Shown: positions 1 through 64,000 of the stretch, piece after piece
Numbering within the stretch: the stretch's first letter is position 1
Layout: every line of letters begins with the position of its first letter
From: Nitrospirales bacterium
Lineage (GTDB): Bacteria > Nitrospirota > Nitrospiria > Nitrospirales > UBA8639
DNA length: 64,000 bases
Reading direction: 5' to 3'
Assembly: GCA_965203295.1 (NCBI GenBank)
Contig: CBDBCZ010000017.1
Location: forward strand, 1,920,001-1,984,000
Notes under the pieces: model-generated
Databases searched by the model: none
Seen by the model: only the letters and a program-made list of their open reading frames with translations
What the model was told of the DNA's origin: nothing
Made by a program: the position numbers and the translations under genes

Positions 1-496
1 ATCCACATCAAAGTGACACACCCCTCCTGTTGATTCCGGTTGCCGCCATGGGAAAATGTAAACATATCAATGAATCTAATTAGCGCCACGTGAGTGACGT
101 CATCTCATTAATTATTCATGAGGAGAATCACGCGGATTCGAAGGTGAGGCTCTTCCTACCTTAATACAGAGGTGTCCCTATTTTAGTGGTGTCCTTTAAG
201 AGGGGTTCCACTGTATGGTTAAACAGTTCAAAACTCACAAGCATGAATGTGCTGTCTGCCTTCCAGCACTCACACAAGTGGGAAAACCCATAGCTGAGCT
301 CTGTTACGAACAACTAGGCCAACAAGAATCACGGCATCAGCTGCTTCAACACTACTAATTTTCTATGCCAGTTAGCAATGCAGGTTTGGGTGACCTCAGC
401 TATGCCTCAATCACTATTGAATCATGCATCATTCACACCCCTCCAAAGTAAAGGATAGGAAAGAATATGTTCAGTGAATGCTTATTACAAACTTAC

Positions 497-2162
497 AGTT
501 CCAGTGGAATCCAAACACAGGAATCTTCCCAGCAGCACATCGCAGTGTTTCATTAATCACGGAACGCACATATGCTGCATTCTCATCAGCAGTATGGAAT
601 GGCGGAAAGTAAATGCTAATGGAGAAGATAACCATAGTTAAGTTGGACATCTTTATATTGAGGTATAGAAGACAGGGTACCTTGGATATAGGGCAGTGCT
701 AGCTTCCCATATGGGCTTTTGTTGATCACTGTAGCTTCTGTACAGATCGCCAAGGTAGGAGTCATAGCCACACCTCACTTCCTGTATGTAATACATTCCA
801 GCTTCTATATTAAATCAAGAGGTCAGCAAGATGCCTGCATGGGTATGACTCTAACTGAACGGTACCTGTGGCATTTAAGGTTTATCTTACCTTTCCATTC
901 TTATTGCATGGTCCAAAAAAGTTCATCGGAAGGCCATAGTACCCCCACTTAGCCTGCAATAGAATTAAAAACATAACCATATGGGCACAAGTACTGTACC
1001 AATGTTAGGAAGTGCCATATGGAAACAACAAATATTCAATGCAGTGAGATGCTGCAAGGCTATTGGAATAAGGGGTAAAGCTGATTCAACCAGGAGCACG
1101 TAGCAAAGCAGAAGGGAGTTTTACTTCTCTACATCGAATATTATTATTATATGCACTCCTCTTTCCACGCAAAGGCCTCCACAAGGCTGGAATACTCCTA
1201 AAAATGATGCCACTGTCTCATTACTCATTTCACTCACAAGGCCACCCTGTGTAAATAAGTATAGAATAGACCACGTCTCAGCGGAGGATATGTGCCTATA
1301 TATCCTCCGCAGATGCGCTTTTACCGTGCAGCCAAGGGATAAAACCATATCCAAGGAGGATATTTTGGGCATATACCATCCGCTGTGACATGGTCTATCT
1401 GACTTATGCCACTACGCCAGGGACATGCTGCTAGAGTCCACTAGTCCATATTAAAGTTTTGATGTTCCTAGTATGGAAGGTCAAGCATAAGGTTGAGGTT
1501 GCAATTCCAGTTGTAGCGGGTGTGTCAGACATAACTCAATTAGAATTGAGACTGAAACCAGCATGTTTTCTATCCTGTGCAAAGCTCTATTGTCTTGCCT
1601 TTGGTCGTAGCTTTTTGACGATGTTGAGTGTCTCAACAAAGAAGTTAGTAGCTGCAGCATCAAACTCTTTCCTGGCCTCCACTAGTACTTGAAGATCATC
1701 CCAGCTCGGATGCTTGAGTTTTTCCAGATAGATGGAGTAATTGACATATATCTCACCATGCCAGTTCCCACCGCCATTGTTCAACTCCCACACTGTCGTC
1801 CAAGCTTCGAAATCAAGTACTGCATTTCCGTCCCAGTCGGGATCAGGGATCCACTTCACAACAGTCCCTGCTAGCCTCTCCAAATGAGCGCTTAGGTTGG
1901 CATTCTGCGGAACACCTCCGTTAGCGATGACCCCACCCGTTGAAATGGTTGGAAAGCGTCCCTGGGTCCAGGTAGCGCAGTTGGGGTTGGAGCAGCCATT
2001 GCCAGTTTGGGTGTAGTTGGCAGAGAAGATTAGGAACTTGCTCAGATTTACGCCGACTGGGTTCTTTTCGGCAACATTCCAGTACACGCTGTATGGCAAA
2101 GGGCTGCACGCGCTGGAGCAGAAAGGGAGCAGCCCTATCAGTAGTAACACCAGTGGCAGCAT
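497..2162 (-). CDS. Hyaluronidase-like glycoside hydrolase (GH56), secreted; 3' end not found and probably runs off the left edge
   Basis: Exons 2162-1599, 953-891, 781-681, 615-497 join in frame. Signal peptide, NGGVPQNANLSAHL, catalytic VLDFEAW (DWE-type), LRPK|AKWGYYGLP and WEASTALYPS|IY are all GH56 hallmarks. The intron 1 donor is GC (AAG|gcaaga). Confidence 0.9.
1267..1398. mobile_element. Short palindromic element (Crypton-like terminal hairpin type)
   Basis: ATAGACCACGTCTCAGCGGA ... TCCGCTGTGACATGGTCTAT inverted repeat, internal GCGGAGGATAT/ATATCCTCCGC hairpin, apex resembling GAGGCGNAGCCGAGG. The class assignment is inference. Confidence 0.45.
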
Positions 2163-2339
2163 GGTTACTCAAAGAGGGCGTGGCTCATTACCAGCAGACT
2201 TTGACCTCACACGTTGAGCCAAACATTCCAACAGTGTATTTTTGTCGTCCTCTCTCTTCGGCTTCGCGCATTTAGCATTTTCTTTCACAGATGATCGCTC
2301 TATGCATGTGTGGTTACAAAGAGCTACGAGGAGTCTCGA
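2163..2339. promoter_or_regulatory. Putative bidirectional promoter (hyaluronidase / fucosyltransferase-like gene), including a likely non-coding first exon of the + gene
   Basis: Head-to-head ATGs at 2162 (-) and 2531 (+). GGGCGTGGC GC/KLF box at ~2176. Donor ga|gtaagt at ~2340 and acceptor ttcag| at 2515. Confidence 0.5.
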
Positions 2340-2530
2340 GTAAGTAGTTTAGATCGCGTTAGAGGTTTGGAGCAGTGTTTATAATAAGGTCTGAGCATAG
2401 ATGGTCTGAGTGAATTATTGAGAACCAGTTTCTATGCTCGTAGCTAGTAGAACTATATTAGCTACTGTACTCCAGTTGTGTTAAATTCAGTATTAATGTC
2501 TCTCTCTGACTTCAGGGAGGCCAAGCTGCA

Positions 2531-7055
<4,525 letters not shown>

Positions 7056-8540
7056 TGTCATGACATTCATCTCCGTGTTTTATATCCAGCTTCTTATAGA
7101 TTTTTATACTTCAGACATTCTCACAGCAGTATATATCAGTGCCAAGCTTGTAACCTAGTTTATTTTATTGAATAGACTCCGCTGCATGTACATGTATGTG
7201 TGTCAACTGGAGGGTGGGTGTGTGAGTGTTTTAAGTGTCCTATATAGCCTTGTTCATGTACAGCCTCCACTGTTGACATTTGTTTTAATTTTTTAAGAAA
7301 AAAAGAAAAATAATTGCAATGGAGACTTCCTACAAGGCCACGTCCCATAATCTTGGTCACGTTTATGTAATTATGTATTGCTATCATATTGTAGCCATAT
7401 CTCGTTGCTGAAACTGAAACAGAATTTGCTTCATGCTAGCCTTGAACCAACCTGTCCCAACCCCCCCCCCTTACAGCTGGGTATGAGGTTTAATTGCAGC
7501 ATACTAAATTACTTAGTATGGCACATTTTTTATTTACTTCATTTTTATGTAATTCAAAATCAGTACTTAATGTTGGGTTGGCCCACTCAGCCCTTCAATT
7601 AAAACAACACTACTGTATGTTTTCAAAATTACTTTTAATGTGCTGACAAGATAATTATACCAATAATTATGAACAAGCGATGTAGATCCCAGTTAATAGC
7701 AGCATAACAAGCAGGTTACAAAATTTTCCACTTCACCCTTATGCTATAGTAATAGGTGGGTTATAATGATAAGGTGTTTCATAGCAGTGGAGATATCTGT
7801 GCGACACTATCTGACAGCTCATTTTGAATCGAATGAGTGTCCCAATGAGTTGGTAACAGGACAAAAGTGGGCTTTCAATGGTCAACCTTGCAGACATTTG
7901 ATACTTATTGCCACATGGCTGTATAAAATATATATATACGGCATAAATTAAGTGTTATCCAGCCCTGTATACTAGTACTGCAACATCGCATAGTCCTTAG
8001 ACACATTTCAGGAATTCCACCTTTGACCCACAGGGTCTCAGGGGTGGTGCTATTATGCCACTCCAGATCCTTAATTAGAGTTATTAAATGCCCATTATGC
8101 AATATTTACAATACACATTGAGGACACTACGCTTAGTCTATAGGTGAACAGCAGGTGTATGCCTAACATAATTATGATAATGGTGTGTTAATAATCCTGG
8201 CCATCTGCACCTCTGTAATCGATTCTTCACTCATAGCTACTACGTATATACAGGTGTTAGAATCTACATGTACCACACATTTTGTGGCTGACAGAAATTA
8301 GAGATCCACATTATCTGAAGAGTATATAGAACATGAAATTTAATTGTGATAAGAAACATGTCTACAGAGATTTTAATCTCTTTTAACAACAGGACCTGAG
8401 TCTACACATGGATGAAGATAGAGGCCATATGTAAGACTTCATGAAAATTTCAATATGTATCATACAGAGAATTTTACAGCAAAAATTAATAAAGCTTAAA
8501 TCGTTACACGATATTATGTACTACTACACTATTATGTCAA

Positions 8541-50502
<41,962 letters not shown>

Positions 50503-50538
50503 GTCGCCGTTTATAGCGCTAGCTATGATACATGTAGC

Positions 50539-50608
50539 TAGTCTCGCGAGCCAGACTGTATATACGGGGGAAAGTACCTTCCCCCGCACAGTCTGGCTCG
50601 CGAGACTA
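50539..50608. mobile_element. 70-bp hairpin micro-MITE with perfect 9-bp TSD, 36 nt upstream of the LTA4H ATG
   Basis: TAGTCTCGCGAGCCAGACTGT...ACAGTCTGGCTCGCGAGACTA (21-bp perfect TIR plus inner GGGGGAA/TTCCCCC), with TSD ACATGTAGC at 50530-50538 and 50609-50617. Confidence 0.92.
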
Positions 50609-50670
50609 ACATGTAGCGAGGCGGGCGCGCGGCACCGGTGGGCGTAGTCTCAGGGCGGAGTGACAATAAT

Positions 50671-50747
50671 AATAATTCTGATGCTGAGACGACTTGTCTT
50701 TATACTAGTAATAATTCTGATGCTGAGACGACTTGTCTTTATACTAG
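50671..50747 (+). repeat. 39-bp tandem duplication in the LTA4H upstream region
   Basis: AATAATTCTGATGCTGAGACGACTTGTCTTTATACTAG x2, followed by a hAT-MITE end and a (TAC/CAT/CAG)n low-complexity tract to ~51030. Confidence 0.85.
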
Positions 50748-51394
50748 GGTTGGGCGGACTATGCTCAAAAAGTCACCTATAACTCTATTCCCCTATTCTC
50801 ACAAAATTACCCCATTATTCCCGAGTGACGGTCTATTTTTCTTGCCAAAATAATGATCATTCAGTATAACAGTAATATTATTCCTACTACCATCATTACC
50901 GCTACTACTACGTGTACTACTACTACGATCCTTACCAGTATTACCATCATTACCAGTGTTACCAGTAGTATCATTATTACCTGTGTTACCATAATTACCA
51001 CTACTACCATCCTTAGTAGTACTACCATCATTCACTTTCTAAATACACTTTACTTGAGCCATCAACCTATATCCGGATATAACCTATACATACCCCATGC
51101 ATGCTCGGAGGTTAATGCAGAAGACTGGTGTATATTGCCCTATTGGTACATATAGCTTTGAACCTCATGCACTGGCGTACAAACTTATTTAAGCAGTACA
51201 GGTACATGATTGTATACTAGTTGACACAAACTCTACATTCAATTTCCATGTTTAACCCTACAAAATCCCTCAGTTTTAATTTGCGAGTTTTTCCTAAATT
51301 CCTCAGATATACTTAGCCAATAATATATTATAATAAACATTCTTTGCCACTTCCCATACACACACCCTGAGTATGCATGGTCACACTACTCTAC

Positions 51395-51400
51395 TTTATT
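51395..51400 (-). terminator. Candidate polyadenylation signal for CCDC77
   Basis: AATAAA on the - strand ~50 nt after the stop codon. Confidence 0.4.
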
Positions 51401-51450
51401 AAAGCAGAAACAGTACCAATGTGATATACATGCCAAATGTTACGTTATTA

Positions 51451-59484
<8,034 letters not shown>

Positions 59485-59660
59485 CGAAAAGGGACATATA
59501 CAATAGACACGAACGCTAAAAATTTGAATTGCGACTACTAGTCACATGATAATCACATGAAAGCGATTGGCCAAGGGGGAGGAGCCGAGGTCTATATGGG
59601 GGCACTAATTAAAGTGGTAAGCAGATCGAAGGCTGTACCGGGTTCTCTTGTTTCTGTGAG
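59485..59660. promoter_or_regulatory. Putative compact bidirectional promoter, CCDC77 / YAF2-like
   Basis: Head-to-head arrangement, GTCACATGA E-box-like site, ATTGG (CCAAT), GGGGAGGAG GC box, and a + strand donor gtgagt at ~59656. Confidence 0.5.
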
Positions 59661-60314
59661 TAAAGCCGTAGAGATTAGTAACTGCGCCTCGTGGAACTGT
59701 TGCAGTGACGGGGGTCACCCTCATTGGCTAGTCTCGTTCTAGTCTATCTAGCCATGCTATCCCCAGCTTCTACCCACCTGGCTAGGGATTGTTTGGTGGC
59801 TAGAAACATAGATACTATAGACTACGTTTCTATGGTAGAAGTTGGGGATAGTTAGCTAGACTAGTTTCGCTTCCGGCCCACAATCAAGGCTAAGGATCAA
59901 TCGATCCGTGGCCTTGACTGTGGACTCGGAACGAGCTAGACTATTCATTGGTTGTCCCCTCTATTAAGTGTAATGAGAGGGTGCTTTAACAGCACCATTA
60001 GTTTCTCAGTTTTGGCTTAGTAGTGGTTTCACCTAGCCCAGTACTATTGTCGAGCCTATTGTAGTACGTATACATACATGTATCATTAGTGGGTGCTAGG
60101 TACTTATATGCATCAATTGCCTATACACGTACGATCATCTATTAGTCTCACAAGTGCGGACCTAGACCCTCCCTTCTGTAGTAATAAACGAGGAACAGAA
60201 AGATCTGGGCCGTGCAAGTCTATATACATGTTAATGAAAAACCCCAAGTCATAGAATAATGAAAGCAGTCACGCCTTCCTGTTGATTTATACAGAGACCT
60301 ATTACCAATTGCCT

Positions 60315-60804
60315 TGTTACCCCGTGCCGCGTATGCGCGAGGAGGGTTAAGCAATCGGTTTTGTCTGTCTGCGGTCGTCGTTCTCGTCGTTGTTGTCTGT
60401 CATAATTTTTTTTTAACTATTCAAATGGGAGATTTAGAGGATATAACAATTGCAAAGCAGGAGGAAACAATTGAATTCCCCCCAAAAATTGATGTGTGTG
60501 TGTGCCTGATAGTGTCCAAAATGATTCTTGTCTCCGTATGTCCAGCTCTTTCTTATTCAACATCGTAAGGTCCACCACTTTTTTACACTCAATCGAATAT
60601 AACAGAGGCCGGGCATATGCAGTCTCTTGACACGTGTCCATACTGGAGTATACGTAGAATAGCACCCGTGTCATTACTACAGCTATCAGTCACGCCTGCA
60701 GCTAGTATGCGGCGTTACACAAGCACGGTATAGGGATCTACATGCTGTTTCCAGTCTGCAGAGTCAAGGAGCGCAGGGTATTTCTCTGCTAGAGACTTCT
60801 AGTT
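60315..60804 (+). mobile_element. Helentron-associated (HINE) element, family 2
   Basis: 5' TTACCCCGTGC..GGGTTAA, (GTC/GTCT)n tract, 3' subTIR GCGCAGGGTA, CTAGA..TCTAG stem-loop and TT end. Confidence 0.65.
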
Positions 60805-61006
60805 AAAACAAGGCCTGCTACTATTTCTATGACTAACATAGTATACAAGTGACCCATAGTGTGTCTAATTTTGTTGTCAATCCGCATACATGCATTTGTA
60901 GAACAGTTTCATATAGTATTATAGCTAGGGCTAATCTTGAACTTCCATTGCAGTCACACGTACATTGCCTAGTGGTATCCACCTGTTATCTTTATCCTGT
61001 TTAGGC

Positions 61007-61137
61007 ATGGCAGCAGAGAGTGCTAGTGTTCTGGATTATGAGTGGCCATGCCCTTCATGCACATATATCAACAGGGCAGGAAGCTTCAAGTGTTCTGTGT
61101 GCAGTACACCAAAGGGAACTTCTACTAGACAAGTGAA
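61007..61137 (+). CDS. YAF2/RYBP-like RanBP2-type zinc finger protein, first coding exon (remaining exons not found in window)
   Basis: Acceptor tttag| at 61004, then MAAESASVLDYEWPCPSCTYINRAGSFKCSVCSTPKGTSTR: W-x-C-x2-C-T-x2-N-x6-C-x2-C followed by the KGTSTR motif characteristic of RYBP/YAF2. Donor AA|gtatgt at 61138. Confidence 0.7.
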
Positions 61138-61925
61138 GTATGTTTGTTGAAGATATCTATTTAGACAGGAGGGACACCGTGCAGCGAATAAAAATGTCAA
61201 GCCATGGATATTGATTACACCAACTAAAACTATGTACATGTGCCTGTATAAGCCATTCAAACTTGCATAACCATGAATGGTCTCACCACTCTTACAAATG
61301 TGTTTGCTGTGGGTATGTGTGTGTGTGTGTACGTGACATCGTAAGTGGAGTACGGTGATGGTGTGTATACTGTGTGTATGGTGCAGTTGCTGATAACATG
61401 TACACACCTCGCTTTAAAGCTACATGTATAAGAGGGGCGCCATTGATATGCATCGATCTGCATACAGAGATACATGTATCACATATACATGTAGTTTCAA
61501 ATCAACAGCTACATTGAGGCATAGCACTGGTTTGCAATTCACTTCCGTAGGCCTTAACATGCTATGAATTCTCTTATTCTACAAGTACTACATGGCTCCA
61601 ATCTCAGTTAGTTTTTTACTGAAATCATACACTACCTGCACTATTCACACATGTAGTACACTTACCATGTCACATAATAACGTACATGCATGCACACTTT
61701 CAATGTGTACACACACAATTTATTATGTACATGTATACCCACATGCACACAACAAATGCACATGCAAACACACTTGCAGTAGTGATTAAAGTCACCATTA
61801 ACCGGACATGGTACCTTAATTAGTAGTACCCGTTTTCTATACAAGTTTTTCTTAACCCATTTTTCTATCATTTTGAGAATGTGGTCGGCTCATAGAACCT
61901 GGTGTATATTAATATATACATGATA

Positions 61926-62736
<811 letters not shown>

Positions 62737-63194
62737 TAATGTACATTTTTCAATACAATTACAAGGCCCAGTTTAGTACAAGTACACAGCATGTAAGGCT
62801 TTGACCACTTTGGCCCAGCTGAGGACTAGGCGATACATGGTAGTTTGCAATGCTGGTCTAGGCAAGTGGGTATGCCTGAATACCGAGGCTGTGCTGGGGA
62901 GTAAGTCACCCTGTGAGTACCGCCGGCCAAGTGCTGGCCTGCGGGCGAACACTGAGAGTAGCTGAGGGCAGGGTGGGTAGGAGTGCTTGTCTTGACAATA
63001 TGTAGCAGCAATGCCAACACGTAGTATCCAACTGTGGCGACAGAAGAATGGAAGTAGGGCGCCTAGCTGTTGCTTAAGTACAACCTCGTACCCTGGTCTC
63101 CCGCCCAGACTTTATCTTGCAGCCTGGGTCTGGCGGGAGGCCTGGGTACAAGGTTAACTTACTAGGTATGCATGTCTGCCAGGAAGTGTCTCCT

Positions 63195-63485
63195 TAGTCT
63201 TGTGCCCATGGCAGCCCCACGTTAGAAAGGTGGGTTTGGCTCCCCGTATATTCAAAGTTGAGTTGACGCTATATCACCAAACGGATGTCACAGCTGCAGT
63301 GTCCATGTGGCCACTTGTATGGGAATATACCCGGATACGGCAACCATTTAGTGATGTAATACTATATTCAACCATTCACATTGCTGGTCCAGATCTGGGT
63401 CCACTGACGTAATGCTGCCCCAACTTTACATATTATTATGGGGAGCCAGACCCACCTTTCCAACCTGGGGCTGGGCAAGAGACTA
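63195..63485. mobile_element. ~290-bp long-TIR MITE, 9-bp-TSD family
   Basis: Same TIR and core as 39213 and 56856, with degenerate TSD GTGTCTcct/GTGTCTttg. A related 76-bp mini-element lies at 63081-63156. Confidence 0.78.
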
Positions 63486-64000
63486 GTGTCTTTGTGGCTG
63501 TCCTGACCCACCTGACCCCCATGTGCAAGCCACCTGGTTATGGTTACTGATTGTCCCATTCTCTGGGAACCAAAGCTGGTTGTGGTTTCTGATTGGTTTG
63601 GTCAAACTTGTGTTTATAGGGCTACTGTATCAGGCTAAGCAGTTCATACATTGCAAACTTCTGTGAGAAGATAAGCTTTAACTAGGAATATGCACGCGAA
63701 ATATGCCTTGCTTGCTTTCTTTTACATATGGTGGCAGTTATTTGTGCAGGTTGGGTTGTGGTGAATTGTGTTGCATGGTAGGTGACTTGAGGTTTGTTTA
63801 TGCATAGAGTGAACACGTGCCTTGCCCCCGGGGGCCAGGGTCGAGCAAACTTTGTAGTCGTATATATATATATATATAAACGCTAGCTGAGATTGTTGAA
63901 CCCATAGCACGCGATTATTGGCCTCACTGTGCTCGACAACTATGACTTACTTAATAAAGTTAGGTTGGGTACAGCATCTGTAGATGATTAGTTTGATGGT

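Noticed and set aside
50799..51155. Gly/Asn/Thr-rich ORFs (ice-nucleation or mucin-like)
   Set aside because: This is a degenerate trinucleotide tract within a hAT-MITE-like remnant between CCDC77 and LTA4H.

Overview
Eukaryotic animal genomic DNA, intron-rich and dense in transposons, with TTAGGG telomere-type repeats. The gene and repeat style suggests a demosponge, but that is inference. I assembled the genes by hand from splice sites, and reading-frame phases are consistent at every junction. They are: a 3'-partial GH56 hyaluronidase (-, with a GC-AG intron) head-to-head with a 427-aa type II fucosyltransferase-fold protein (+) whose GDP-fucose motifs look degenerate; a complete 19-exon, 615-aa LTA4H gene (-, 8541-50502); an intronless 557-aa signal-peptide/Cys-rich/~7TM orphan gene nested on the same strand in LTA4H intron 17; a complete 7-exon CCDC77 (-); and the first coding exon of a YAF2/RYBP-like gene (+). 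Introns hold Helentron-type HINEs, a canonical non-autonomous Helitron, a decayed LINE, decayed DDE transposases, hAT, pogo and 9-bp-TSD MITEs, a ~430-bp foldback and tRNA-derived SINEs. The most interesting signals are: (1) a strong excess of TACATGTA, plus TA->TATGTA/TACGTA insertions visible by comparing repeat copies, which resemble Tc1/mariner excision footprints; (2) the nested orphan 7TM gene; (3) inverted MITEs bracketing a frame-closed 489-nt exon block of CCDC77; (4) an in-frame triplicated splice donor in the putative pseudo-fucosyltransferase; (5) a telomeric array next to the last LTA4H acceptor; (6) a 70-bp hairpin MITE just upstream of the LTA4H ATG. There is no CRISPR array and no prokaryotic system. 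No database searches were run, so family names come from motif recognition.
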